A stretch of DNA of 48,615 bases from Gemmatimonadota bacterium (GTDB lineage: Bacteria; Gemmatimonadota; Gemmatimonadetes; Gemmatimonadales; GWC2-71-9): NCBI GenBank assembly GCA_039586365.1, contig JBDHKN010000073.1, positions 1 to 48,615 of the forward strand, given 5' to 3'. Of this stretch, positions 9,741 through 19,717 are shown one piece after another (the first letter of the stretch is position 1; every line of letters starts with the position of its first letter). The notes below the pieces were generated by a model. It saw only the letters and a list, made by a program, of their open reading frames with translations, was not told where the DNA came from and ran no database searches. The position numbers and the translations under genes were made by a program.

Positions 9741-10946
9741 TCAGAACGCCTCCACGATGACAGCGGTACCTTGTCCTCCACCGATGCAGGCTGCTGCGAG
9801 GCCAAAACGCTTCCTCGCCCTCCGCAGTGCGTGAAGCAAGTGAATCGTGATACGGGTTCCGCTAGCCGCGAGCGGATGACCGATAGCAATGGCACCACCG
9901 TGGACGTTGGTTCGATCGCGGTCGAGACCGAGTTCCTTCTCGACAGCAACGTATTGAGAGGCAAACGCCTCGTTGACTTCGACGAGATCCATGTTCTCCA
10001 GTGCCAGCCCTGCCTTGTCGAGAGCTTTGAGGGCCGCAGGCGCAGGTCCAATCCCCATGTACTTTGGCTCGACCCCGACCGTGCTCCAGGCAACCAACCG
10101 TCCGATCGGGGTGAGTTCGTGATCTCCCGCGAACTCCTCGCTTGCTATGACTGTGGCAGCTGCTCCGTCACAGATACCGGAGGCATTACCGGCGGTCACG
10201 AAACCGTCCTGCTTGAAATATGGGGGAAGTGCCAGTAGGGCTTCCAGCGTCGTGTCCGGACGCACGTGCTCGTCGGCTCTCCAATCGACATGATCTTTCG
10301 TGGTTGGGTCTTTCAGGGGAATTGAGACCACTTCCTCATCGAACAATCCCACCTGCCATGCCGTGTTGGCCCGCTGCTGACTCAACAGTGCGAAGCGGTC
10401 AGCTTCTTCCCGAGTGAGTCCGTACTCATCGGCTAGGTTCTCGGCTGTCTCTGCCATCGAGTATCCACACTGCGAATCAGTGAGGGCCTCCCACAGACTG
10501 TCCTCGAATCGGGCAGGTGCTCCCAGTCGGAGTCCCCACCGGGCTCCTCGCACCACGTGCGGCGCCTGGCTCATGGATTCAGTTCCTCCAGCCAACACTG
10601 CTCTGGAATCCCGGAGCAGGATTTGTCGAGCACCCTGAATGATCGACTCGAATCCTGAGCCACACAATCGGTTCACAGTCACTGCGGGTCTGTCCACGGG
10701 CACTCCTACTTGAAGCCCTACATGTCTGGCCAGGTAGATCGCGTCCGCCGACGTTTGGAGGGCATTACCCATCACGACGTGGTCGATGTCGCTCGGTGCT
10801 AGTCCCGATCGACCCAGGGCTGTGGTCGCGGCAACCGTGCCAAGTTGAGTGGCAGAAAGATCCTTGAGGGCTCCACCGAACTTGCCAAACCCTGTGCGCA
10901 CACCAGAAAGAAAGACAACATCTCGCTTCGTGGCTTGAGTCTTCAT
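9741..10946 (-). CDS. Thiolase (acetyl-CoA C-acyltransferase)
   Basis: [34 protein letters not shown]. Start set at ATG 10946. Confidence 0.95.
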   Translation of the reverse strand: MKTQATKRDVVFLSGVRTGFGKFGGALKDLSATQLGTVAATTALGRSGLAPSDIDHVVMGNALQTSADAIYLARHVGLQVGVPVDRPAVTVNRLCGSGFESIIQGARQILLRDSRAVLAGGTESMSQAPHVVRGARWGLRLGAPARFEDSLWEALTDSQCGYSMAETAENLADEYGLTREEADRFALLSQQRANTAWQVGLFDEEVVSIPLKDPTTKDHVDWRADEHVRPDTTLEALLALPPYFKQDGFVTAGNASGICDGAAATVIASEEFAGDHELTPIGRLVAWSTVGVEPKYMGIGPAPAALKALDKAGLALENMDLVEVNEAFASQYVAVEKELGLDRDRTNVHGGAIAIGHPLAASGTRITIHLLHALRRARKRFGLAAACIGGGQGTAVIVEAF

Positions 10947-11166
10947 AAGAGTGTTTCCAGTGAGGCCCAGATCGTCTGCGCAGGGCCAATATGGTTGGAC
11001 AGAATTGTGGTGACAACCTGTTCTTATGAGTCCAACTGTCCTCTGTTCTTCCATGCTGACCAGGGCGAGGACTTCGAGCCCACTCCTCTGGATGCGATTA
11101 GATGTGCTAGGGCTTGGTCATGCTACCACCCGCATTGGCCACCAGTGGGACCACTCTGAGTGCAGA

Positions 11167-11844
11167 TCAGTCACCGAGGGCTGGTTTCCCGCACGTGACA
11201 CAATAGCTCCAGCTGCTCTCAATCTCGCTCCCACAGTGGCTGCACGACATCAATCCCACTCTGGTGCCACAGAACGGACAGTAGATCACGTCCCGATCTG
11301 AAGGGAGCGGTCTCGAGCAGCCGAGACACAGTGCGGTTTCCTCGATCGGATCTGTCGCCACGGGTTCGGTCTCCACCGCTTCGAACACCGGTCCTTGGGA
11401 TGCAGTGGGCAGCTGTTCGACGGTGTTTGCCAACCCAACTGGCACCGGGGGCGCGTAAAGGTCGGCTTCACTCAACACCGATCTCACCAAACTGTTGTTC
11501 AACTGGACGGTAGCCGCAGCGAACTCGCGGAACAGTCCTGGGGTGGGATTGACCGATTCAGCTTCTTGGGCCAGGTGACTCTGGACTTCGACGGGCTCTA
11601 CGGAAGCATAGCCCCGCTCACCACCCAGCAACCGGAGGAGAACCATGTCGTAGTCTTCGCTCGAGTCCAATTCGAGGCGCTTCCTGCAACTCCGATATGG
11701 AATGATCTTCTGGTACAGTTCCGACACCTGGAAAGGACTGCGTAGGTGCTCTGGGTCTGTGTCATTGATGACTCTAACCAGCTCGCGGAAAAAGCGCTCT
11801 AAGTCGTCCATTTGAGTCTCATGGCTTGTTTTTTCTAGCGCCAC
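11167..11844 (-). CDS. Double zinc-ribbon domain protein
   Basis: C-terminal CLGC, CPFCG, CSHCG, CVTCG; N-terminal domain not recognised. Alternative start is ATG 11811. Confidence 0.8.
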   Translation of the reverse strand: MALEKTSHETQMDDLERFFRELVRVINDTDPEHLRSPFQVSELYQKIIPYRSCRKRLELDSSEDYDMVLLRLLGGERGYASVEPVEVQSHLAQEAESVNPTPGLFREFAAATVQLNNSLVRSVLSEADLYAPPVPVGLANTVEQLPTASQGPVFEAVETEPVATDPIEETALCLGCSRPLPSDRDVIYCPFCGTRVGLMSCSHCGSEIESSWSYCVTCGKPALGD

Positions 11845-12335
11845 TCAGTGGCCCAGCGATCATAATGAACGACCGTGATTCCCGACGCTTCAAGAAGCTC
11901 GATGCCGCTCGGGTCTCGGTACGGATGTCGGAAGAAAACGTGACTGGCGCCAGAGTTCACCATCAGCTTGGCGCACATGACACAGGGGCTGTCGGTGACG
12001 AAAACCACTTTATCTCGTATCCCACCAGGTGCTTTGACCAGAGCATTCACTTCTGAGTGGATACAGCCGCAAACACCGGGGACGCAAGAGTCGCAGCGAT
12101 TGGGAAGGCCTTTGGCGTTTCCGTTGTACCCAATCGCGACGACGTTTTCAAGCGATGAGTCGGTGATGACCGTCCCCACCCGGAGCCTTGTGCATGTGGA
12201 GCGTTTGGCGAGCTCTTCGGCCATCCTCATGTACACCTCGTACAACGGTATACGATCGATCGAGTACTCCGGTCCGTCCGGCAAAAGGTTGAGGGGATGG
12301 GTGTTCTCGGGAACTCCGTCTTTGAATGTGGTCAT
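11835..12335 (-). CDS. dCMP deaminase family (ComEB-like)
   Basis: AKRSTC, VG, GYNG, HSEVNA, SPCVMCAK. Confidence 0.9.
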   Translation of the reverse strand: MTTFKDGVPENTHPLNLLPDGPEYSIDRIPLYEVYMRMAEELAKRSTCTRLRVGTVITDSSLENVVAIGYNGNAKGLPNRCDSCVPGVCGCIHSEVNALVKAPGGIRDKVVFVTDSPCVMCAKLMVNSGASHVFFRHPYRDPSGIELLEASGITVVHYDRWATEWR

Positions 12336-12940
12336 GGCTTAAATGTGAGTTCGCCTTCGATTTCAGCCAGCTCCGTGTCGGGGTCATAGTCGGTGAAGTG
12401 CCCAGCAGCACGCTGGCGCGTGAGCCACTGGTCGAAGAGCGACTTCTCCAGTCCCTCGGAGAAAGTCTGCTCGGCAGCAGCCTTCATTGCAAGGTCGTTT
12501 ACGTACTCGTTCTTAGGATGCCCGGCGTGCCCGCGCACCCACCGCCACACGGTTTCGTGGCGCTCGGTCACCTGAACTAGCTTCTTCCACAGATTGAGGT
12601 TCTCTACGGTACCGCCTTTGCGTTTCCAACCACGCGCGCGCCAGCTCGGGACCCATTCGTTCATGCCCTTGATGAGGTATTGTGAGTCGGAGACGTACAC
12701 TACGGTCAGGCGTTCATATTCCTGAGACAGGAGCGCGAACGTCGCTATCGCTCCAGATAGGGCCATTCGGTTGTTCGTTGAGTCGGGGGCGGAAATATGG
12801 ATGTCGCGCCGGTCGACTCCCTCCGCTGACTGCGTTTCTATGAGTGACGCCGCTCCACCTGGGCTTGAGCCATCCAGTCCGTTTCCGAGACAACTTTCGT
12901 CTGCATGTACCAACGCTATGACACTGTCCTTGTCAGCCAC
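12332..12940 (-). CDS. rnhA: Ribonuclease HI with atypical active site
   Basis: ADESCLGN, TNNRM, SDSQY, WVPSWRARGW, VENLNLW, WVRGHAGHPKNE; 4-nt overlap with the deaminase. Confidence 0.9.
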   Translation of the reverse strand: MADKDSVIALVHADESCLGNGLDGSSPGGAASLIETQSAEGVDRRDIHISAPDSTNNRMALSGAIATFALLSQEYERLTVVYVSDSQYLIKGMNEWVPSWRARGWKRKGGTVENLNLWKKLVQVTERHETVWRWVRGHAGHPKNEYVNDLAMKAAAEQTFSEGLEKSLFDQWLTRQRAAGHFTDYDPDTELAEIEGELTFKP

Positions 12941-13214
12941 GGAACCCGATCTCCAACGTCTCCGAATTAGCGCAGGCCAGGCTCGGGCTCAAATGGCATG
13001 TGGTTGGGCGCACGCTGTCTGCTCGCGTGCTCAATCGACGGTCAGGCTCACCCTCCTTGGTCTGACGCACTCCGCAAGAAAGGTGTGTTGTATCGAGGGC
13101 TCGTACTGGATCGGCTTTCAGCACTGCAGTCATCGTCTTGAATCGGTGCAGGCGAAAGCTAGTGTAGTGGAGTGCTGACCGGGAGGTTCAATCTCAGGCC
13201 CCACCTCCCCGCTG

Positions 13215-14645
13215 CTACCACTCCAACTTGAGTTCATCCGGGTGCATGCTGGTACCCCCCAGTACGATGCGATCAATCAGCCCGATGTTACGGATGTCGT
13301 CCAGAGGATTGCCGGAAAGGACGATAAAGTCCGCCACATTCCCTGGAAGTAGTGTGCCGATGGAGTCTGCTTCCAACAACCGCGCGGCATTGCGGGTGGC
13401 CGTGAGGAGAGCCTCTTCGGGACTTAGACCTGCATCGACCAACAGTTGCAGCTCTCGGTGTAGGCTGGCCCCAGGGGCAAGCAGTTGGTTCGGGCTGTCG
13501 GACCCAGCCACTACATTGCCACCCGCGGCGCGGAAGCGCCGGACAAACAGGTCTTGCACGGGACGGGAGCGTCGGAAGGCTGCAAAGTCAGCGGCGGAGA
13601 GCCGGGCCCTGTGAATCAGGTTGGGTACATCCCACTCGTCCCGTACCCACTGAGGGACTCCGTCGAGGTCCAGGTGAGAAATGAAATCACGGTTACTCAA
13701 ATTGGCGAATGTCTCGTGCAGTACTAGAGTCGGTACTATCGTCACGCGGGTCTCGGATAGATTGCTGGCCGTGCGCTCGAGGGCCACCGAATCCAACCGG
13801 GCCCAAGCGCGTTCGAAGGCGTTCCATCCCGAAAAGAAATCGTCGTGTGCCCTGAACAGTGGTTGTGGGTTCGGTACCGTGGCTTCAACCACCCCGGCCA
13901 TGTGCTCCAGCGACCACACTCCCATCTTCGCTGCCGTTAGCGCATCCACTCTTCCTAGATGAGCTGCGACCCTGACGTCCAGCGCTTGGGCTTCGTCGAG
14001 CAGGGCGCTGAGTAGAGCGCGGTTCAGTTTCGTATAGACCTTGATCTGGTCGACGGCCAGCAGTACCAGGGTGTCCACCGCCCGGCGAGCGGCAGTCTCG
14101 TCTGTGACCGTTGTGGCACTGGACCACGTCGCGGGTTCTCCGTCCACCATGGGACCAGAGATGTAGAGCCGTGGGCCCACCAAAGATCCGAGCACTACAG
14201 AATCGCGTACCGCAACGACGCTGTCTGCCGGTCCACCCATGTCCCTTATGGAGGTTATACCGTAAGTGAGGTATCGGGGCAGAGTCCAACGGGCGGCGTG
14301 AACGTGAGCGTCGATAAGTCCGGGAATGACCCATTTGCCATCGAGGCGGATCTCCTGGGCGCCACGCGGTATTCTTACCATGTCAGGAGATCCAATTCCC
14401 TGGATGCGTCCGTTCGCGACGAGGATGGTCGCGTCCAAGATAGGGGGAGCGCCAGAACCATCGAACGCCGTAGCTCCGACATAGGCCATCGTACCGTTTC
14501 CCGAGCCGGTACAGGAGGTTAGCACCACCGCAACCGTGAGTGCGCGGCCGACATGAGCGAGCCTACTTGGCGCCTCGCAACGCGAAAGGACACTGCCACA
14601 GTAGCGCCGGCTGACTTCAAGGGCTGTTCTAAGTGTGTTCTTCAT
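13215..14645 (-). CDS. Amidohydrolase family protein, possible lipoprotein
   Basis: PGLIDAHVH, GITSIRD, IKVY, AAH, EH, AGSD, ATRNAA, ADF; lipobox-like VLTSC. Start uncertain. Confidence 0.88.
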   Translation of the reverse strand: MKNTLRTALEVSRRYCGSVLSRCEAPSRLAHVGRALTVAVVLTSCTGSGNGTMAYVGATAFDGSGAPPILDATILVANGRIQGIGSPDMVRIPRGAQEIRLDGKWVIPGLIDAHVHAARWTLPRYLTYGITSIRDMGGPADSVVAVRDSVVLGSLVGPRLYISGPMVDGEPATWSSATTVTDETAARRAVDTLVLLAVDQIKVYTKLNRALLSALLDEAQALDVRVAAHLGRVDALTAAKMGVWSLEHMAGVVEATVPNPQPLFRAHDDFFSGWNAFERAWARLDSVALERTASNLSETRVTIVPTLVLHETFANLSNRDFISHLDLDGVPQWVRDEWDVPNLIHRARLSAADFAAFRRSRPVQDLFVRRFRAAGGNVVAGSDSPNQLLAPGASLHRELQLLVDAGLSPEEALLTATRNAARLLEADSIGTLLPGNVADFIVLSGNPLDDIRNIGLIDRIVLGGTSMHPDELKLEW

Positions 14646-14760
14646 GATGTTTGAGGTATGTCAACACTTACCGTTTTCGCAATCGAAATGCGATGGCGGT
14701 CAGGTTCTGTAACCCGCTGGTCTTCGAATCCCGGCTACGACCGCCCGGTTCAGGGTTGCT

Positions 14761-15387
14761 CTAGTGGACGCGTTTCCTCGCCCTGGTCGAACTCTTCTTG
14801 CGGGATGCCCCGCTACCTGAGCGCTTCACCGCCCGCCCTCGTGAGATCTGTTTCTTTGCCCCACGCTTGGCGGTTTTCTTTGTCGCCTTCTTGCGAACAG
14901 TCTTCCGCTCAGTCTTGACCGTCCGCTTGGCTACCTTCCTAGTCTTCTTTGCCCTTGTTGCCTTCTTCTTGCTGGTTCTTCGGGCTGTCTTCTTCCTGGC
15001 AGCGTGCTTGACGCCGGTCTTTTTCGTCGTCCGCTTCTTCACTGTCTTGGCGACCTTCCTCTTGACCGCCTTCTTCACAGCCTTCTTGGCCGCCTTCTTC
15101 TTGACAGCCTTCCTGGTCGCCTTCTTCGCCCCCCCCTTGCCGGTCCGCGTCTTCCTTGCCGCACTCACATCGGTGGCGGTTTTCCCTTTCTTCCCGGTTA
15201 CTGCTTTTTGCCGCTTCTTCTTCGGCTCCCGCGCTGACAACTCCGGGACACGCTCAGAATCAAGCTGGCTGGTGGTTTGTGGCTCTTCCGACCTGGGAGT
15301 AAGTGGAGGGATTGCCGGTAGTGGCATCGGATCCCACATGCCGGGTCCGCCCAGCCCCGGCCCGCTAGAATAAAGACTCCTGGACAT
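14761..15387 (-). CDS. Lys/Arg/Ala-rich histone H1-like basic protein
   Basis: ATG 15387 preceded by SD GAGGTG; about 150-aa tail of KKA/KKT/RK repeats (KKAAKKAVKKAVKRKVAK). Confidence 0.75.
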   Translation of the reverse strand: MSRSLYSSGPGLGGPGMWDPMPLPAIPPLTPRSEEPQTTSQLDSERVPELSAREPKKKRQKAVTGKKGKTATDVSAARKTRTGKGGAKKATRKAVKKKAAKKAVKKAVKRKVAKTVKKRTTKKTGVKHAARKKTARRTSKKKATRAKKTRKVAKRTVKTERKTVRKKATKKTAKRGAKKQISRGRAVKRSGSGASRKKSSTRARKRVH

Positions 15388-15528
15388 CTGTTTCACCTCG
15401 GCTGTGATGATTGCCAGCTGCTCTACATTTTGCTTGCTAGGCGAGCAGTTTTGCAAGTGTAACCGAAGGAGTACCGAAGTTGGGTGTCCCGCTAGGTGCG
15501 TGTAACGGACGAGCGTTGCTGCCTCGGC

Positions 15529-15557
15529 TTGACAGTACAGCTCGTGAGGCCTAACGT
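15529..15557 (+). promoter_or_regulatory. Putative sigma70 promoter
   Basis: TTGACA-17 nt-TAACGT, about 40 nt upstream of ATG 15598. Confidence 0.6.
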
Positions 15558-15597
15558 AGCGACACATATGTTTAATATTCACACATAGTTACGCCTC

Positions 15598-17844
15598 ATG
15601 CCCGGTCATGATCGAATGCACTCTGTCCGATCCGTATTGCCTGCGGCGTTGGTAGGTTGCACGCTGCTCCTTGCTCCGCAGATCTTGAGCGGCCAGCAGG
15701 TTGCTGAGGTCCAAGTTGCACCTGTTACGGTCACGCTGGTGGTCGGCGAACGAAAGGAGCTCCTGGCTTCGGCTTACGATAACAGGGGAGACAATATTGC
15801 GACTGCCAGGTTTGCGTGGACATCGAGCAGCCCTGGGGTCGTGCGGGTGGAAGAGGATCCTAGTGTGCCGGGCATCGCGGTTCTCATCGGTGTCGGCCCT
15901 GGACTCGCCAACGTTGAGGTCCGAGTTGGCAACCGTCGCGCGTCCGCTGCGGTCCAGGTTGTGCGTGTTGGCGCCGGCCCTGCAGCGGTCGGTGGCAGGG
16001 GGCTGGCCACTGTGCTGCAGATTGAACCAGGATCTGTGTTCCTCCTCCTGTCTGAGGACATTCGTCTCCAGCCGCGGTTCTTGAAGGACGACGGATCACT
16101 TGCAGCGCCAGCGATGATCACGTGGCGCTCGCTACGGCCCGACATAGCCAATGTCACGCCCGATGGAGTAGCTGTGGGAGTTTCGCTCGGGCAGGGCGTG
16201 ATTGAAGCGACCTCTGCCACCGGGCTGTTGGCGAGAGTGACCGTGCAGGTTGCTCAAGCGCCGTTCGGCTTTGGTACCGAGGTCCTGAGCCTCTCACCAG
16301 CCGAAGCCGATACGCTGAGCGTTGTGGTACCGGGTCAGAACAATCGCCCGGTGTCCGCCAGGCGACTCGTGTGGCGATCGACCAACGACGCCGTGGTGCG
16401 GGTCTCGCCAATTGGTGTGGCCACCGGCGTCAGCGCGGGTAGCGCTGAGATCGTTGCCACTGGCTTCGGGCAAGAGAGCCGGCTTCAAGTGAGTGTGCAT
16501 CGCCCCGTCAAGTTTCTTGAGGTTCAGCCCAGGGCAACCGAGGGGTCCGTGGCGTTGCCGCTCGGAGGTTCGATCACGTTCAGCGCCACGCCATTAGCGT
16601 CTGACGAGACCGCCGTAGCAGAAGCCCCGCTCATATGGGTGCAGCCGGATACTGCACTGGCGGCATTCGACCCAACGACCGGTAGACTCACTGGAAAAGC
16701 GCTTGGGGAAACCCAACTGCAGGTCCGTGGGCCGGGAGACGGTCTGGAGGTCACCTGGGCCATCCACGTGATTGCGGGCGGGTTGGCGATTGACCCCGGC
16801 GCGATTGCCCTTGGCCGGGGTGCTCGCCGACACCTGACAGCGTTCTTCACCGATGACATCGGTACGCCGGTATCCCCGGCCACGGAACTCACTTGGACCT
16901 CCTCGGATCCCAGAATTGCAGAGGTTGATGGCGAGGGCGGGCTGGAAGCCAAGAGTTTCGGGGCAGCCAATGTCGTCGCGACGACTGCTTGGGGGGGGGC
17001 TGATACCGCCGCGGTCTATGTGCAGGGAGAGATTCTGGTGACCTCGACGCGGGGTGGGCAGGCAGATGTCTTTGCCTTCGACCGCGAACACCCCGATCAG
17101 TTCAATCAAGTGACCGATCAACCGGGCAACGAGCTGAATGCAGTATACTCACCGGACGGGACCAAGATCGTCTACGTTTCGGATGAGGGGGGAGGCCTCG
17201 ACCTAATCCTTGTCGACGCCGTCGGGGGTAATCCGGTCCGCCTGACCTCGACACAGTCACTGGAGGCTTCTCCGTCCTGGACACCCGACGGGAGCAAGAT
17301 CGTGTATGAGTCTGATGCCACGGGTGTAACCCAGATTTGGATAATGAACGCTGATGGCTCCGAAGCGCGGCAACTCACCCAGGGCGAGGTGACGAGCATC
17401 CAGCCCGCGGTGTCACCAGATGGACGTACGATTGCGTTCACATCGGTTCGGGAGGGCAATTACGACATCTACGTGATGGACTTGGACGGATCGAACCAGC
17501 GCAGCTTCACGGCTGCAGCCGTTAACGAAACGATGCCGGTGTGGGTCAGTGATTCGGCCATCGCGTACGTGTCAGAGAGGTACGAACGCCGCCGGCCGAA
17601 GCGAACGGTGACGGTGCTGGATTCTTCGGGGCAGCTGACTGTTTTAACTCCCGAAGAACTCGTTGTCACGGACTTCGCCATCTCGCCGGCGGGCGATCTG
17701 CTGGCAGCGGTCGTGTCAGCTGACGGCCGTTCAGGGTTGGAGAGCCGGCTGTATCTCATTCCACTAACTGGAGAAGGCGTACCGGTGGAGGTGCCGCGGG
17801 CAGGCCCGAGGGATCAGCTCGGAGCGCCAGCCTTCCGTCCTTGA
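15598..17844 (+). CDS. Secreted protein with tandem bacterial Ig-like (Big_2) domains and a TolB-like PD40 beta-propeller
   Basis: Signal peptide; repeated W-S-S-x-P-x-V/I-A-x-V...G motifs; YSPDGTKIVY, WTPDGSKIVY, VSPDGRTIAF repeats. Confidence 0.85.
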   Translation: MPGHDRMHSVRSVLPAALVGCTLLLAPQILSGQQVAEVQVAPVTVTLVVGERKELLASAYDNRGDNIATARFAWTSSSPGVVRVEEDPSVPGIAVLIGVGPGLANVEVRVGNRRASAAVQVVRVGAGPAAVGGRGLATVLQIEPGSVFLLLSEDIRLQPRFLKDDGSLAAPAMITWRSLRPDIANVTPDGVAVGVSLGQGVIEATSATGLLARVTVQVAQAPFGFGTEVLSLSPAEADTLSVVVPGQNNRPVSARRLVWRSTNDAVVRVSPIGVATGVSAGSAEIVATGFGQESRLQVSVHRPVKFLEVQPRATEGSVALPLGGSITFSATPLASDETAVAEAPLIWVQPDTALAAFDPTTGRLTGKALGETQLQVRGPGDGLEVTWAIHVIAGGLAIDPGAIALGRGARRHLTAFFTDDIGTPVSPATELTWTSSDPRIAEVDGEGGLEAKSFGAANVVATTAWGGADTAAVYVQGEILVTSTRGGQADVFAFDREHPDQFNQVTDQPGNELNAVYSPDGTKIVYVSDEGGGLDLILVDAVGGNPVRLTSTQSLEASPSWTPDGSKIVYESDATGVTQIWIMNADGSEARQLTQGEVTSIQPAVSPDGRTIAFTSVREGNYDIYVMDLDGSNQRSFTAAAVNETMPVWVSDSAIAYVSERYERRRPKRTVTVLDSSGQLTVLTPEELVVTDFAISPAGDLLAAVVSADGRSGLESRLYLIPLTGEGVPVEVPRAGPRDQLGAPAFRP

Positions 17845-17912
17845 GCAGGTTGCGTTGGGCTGCCTAACTCCGATCTGCAGCTCCTCTCACACGCAGGAAT
17901 CATCCGGTAGAC

Positions 17913-18965
17913 ATGAAAGCACTCATTATACGCGCCCACGGCGACCTCTCACAACTTGGAATCGCCGACATGCCCGAACCCACAGCGGCGGAGTACGGGG
18001 AGGTGAGAGTAAAGCTCCGGGCCAGCGCCCTCAACCACCTCGATCTCTGGACGTTGAGGGGTCTTCCCGGACTTGCGCTGACCTTTCCGCACATACTGGG
18101 GGCGGATGGTGCCGGGACCGTGGATGAGGTAGGTCCGGGGGTCACCACCGTGCAGCCCGGGGACCGGGTCATGATGAACCCTGGGATCTCTTGCTACCGC
18201 TGTCTCCATTGTCTCGCTGGAGAACACTCGCTGTGTGATAGCTTCATGCTACTAGGCGAACACCTAAGCGGCACGCTGGCCGAATACGTAACGGTGCCAC
18301 AGCACAATTTGGCCGTCATTCCAGTGCTCCCACCGGGGCAGGAAGAGTTGTCTTGGTCGGAAGCGGCCGCCTTTTCCTTGGTCACCCTCACTGCCTGGCG
18401 GATGCTCCTTACGCGGGCCCAACTGCAACCTGGTGAGACGGTCTTGGTCTGGGGCTTCGGTGGTGGGGTCTCCAGTGCAGCCCTCATGATTGCCAAACAT
18501 ACAGGTGCCCATGTCATCGTAACCTCGTCGAGTGATGTGAAACTGAATTTCGCGAGGTCGTTGGGCGCGGACGCCACGGTCAATCACGCGCAGGCTGACG
18601 TGGTGCGAGAGGTGCGACAACTCACCGGCAAGCGGGGTGTCGACGTGGTTGTCGAGAACGTTGGTGAAGTGACGTGGGAGCAGTCTCTTAGAGTGCTCGC
18701 GAAAGGTGGGAGATTGGTCACTTGCGGTGCTACGACAGGCCCGCGGGCTGAGACTGACATCCGACGCATGTTCTGGAATCAGTGGACGCTTATGGGATCT
18801 ACAATGGGCAGTGCCTCAGAGTATCACGATATAGTCAAGCTGCTAAGCCAGGGACATCTCAGGCCAATAGTGGACTCGACCTTCCCGATAGGAAATGCGG
18901 TCGAGGCTTTCGAGAGGCTGCAGTCGGAGCGACGGATGGGGAAGGTAGTAGTGGAGATGGAATAG
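17913..18965 (+). CDS. MDR-family zinc-binding oxidoreductase (quinone-reductase-like)
   Basis: ALNHLD and GADGAG (catalytic Zn ligands absent); structural Zn CYRCLHC..C retained; GFGGGV; GKVV. Confidence 0.9.
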   Translation: MKALIIRAHGDLSQLGIADMPEPTAAEYGEVRVKLRASALNHLDLWTLRGLPGLALTFPHILGADGAGTVDEVGPGVTTVQPGDRVMMNPGISCYRCLHCLAGEHSLCDSFMLLGEHLSGTLAEYVTVPQHNLAVIPVLPPGQEELSWSEAAAFSLVTLTAWRMLLTRAQLQPGETVLVWGFGGGVSSAALMIAKHTGAHVIVTSSSDVKLNFARSLGADATVNHAQADVVREVRQLTGKRGVDVVVENVGEVTWEQSLRVLAKGGRLVTCGATTGPRAETDIRRMFWNQWTLMGSTMGSASEYHDIVKLLSQGHLRPIVDSTFPIGNAVEAFERLQSERRMGKVVVEME

Positions 18966-19717
18966 AACCGTTACAAGGAAAGCCCCCGGGCTCTGAGGCG
19001 GAGCCATCTACCCGAAACGCGAACCACCAGAGCTTCGGCGCAACCTAGTTGTCGCGCCGCAACAACACGGTGGCCTCATTCGGCCCTACGTGCGGCGTTC
19101 CCTCTGGATTGAGGATTGTACCGAGGGGCTGGCCGGTCTCATCCAAAAGCGAACACACCTCGAACACACCTCGTCGCCCCTCGTGCTGCTGAGCACCCTT
19201 CTGCCAGCCCGTGCTCGGGTATGCTGGATCATTCGCATCCGCACCCGCTCCCCAGAGAGAACTTGCGACAGACTGAACCCGCTACTCGTCAACTGCATCT
19301 CGTCTCCATCGTGTAACGCATCGTCTGACCTCTTAGATGCAACCATCGAGTGAAGGGTTGCATGGCCCTGCGGCCAACCTACTGTCTGCGCGAAGTCGTC
19401 CATCTCACGACAACGGGTAACGTAGAGGACGTGGGATCTCCTGAGTCGCAATGTCAACTCAGCCGAGTTCCGCGAGCCGGGCTTGGATGCTGGATTTGGA
19501 TGGTCGTGCTCTTCGCGCTCAGCCGTCTGCCCTGCATATTGGATGCAGGCAACCAATCTCATGGGCCAGGCATCTTTAGAAACTGATCCCCCTTACAGGA
19601 GGGTGTTTCACATCCAGCCAGTAGCGAGCACGCTACGCCACGGAACTAGGTATGTGAGGCCCTCAGGAGTTGGGGGATGCGGCTGGTCCGGGTTCTCAAC
19701 GAGAGAGTATCTGATAT

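Noticed and set aside
11835..12940. RNase H plus deaminase as a retron or retroelement
   Set aside because: No reverse transcriptase, msr-msd-like repeat or mobility gene in the window.
14798..15373. Phe/Leu-rich 191-aa ORF resembling a membrane protein
   Set aside because: It is the reverse complement of the Lys codons of the H1-like gene, which has the SD.
17913..18965. Missing catalytic Zn ligands in the MDR enzyme
   Set aside because: This is the normal pattern for quinone-reductase-like MDR subfamilies.
19150..19173. Tandem 11-mer as a CRISPR or iteron
   Set aside because: Only two adjacent copies, no spacers, and no cas or rep genes.
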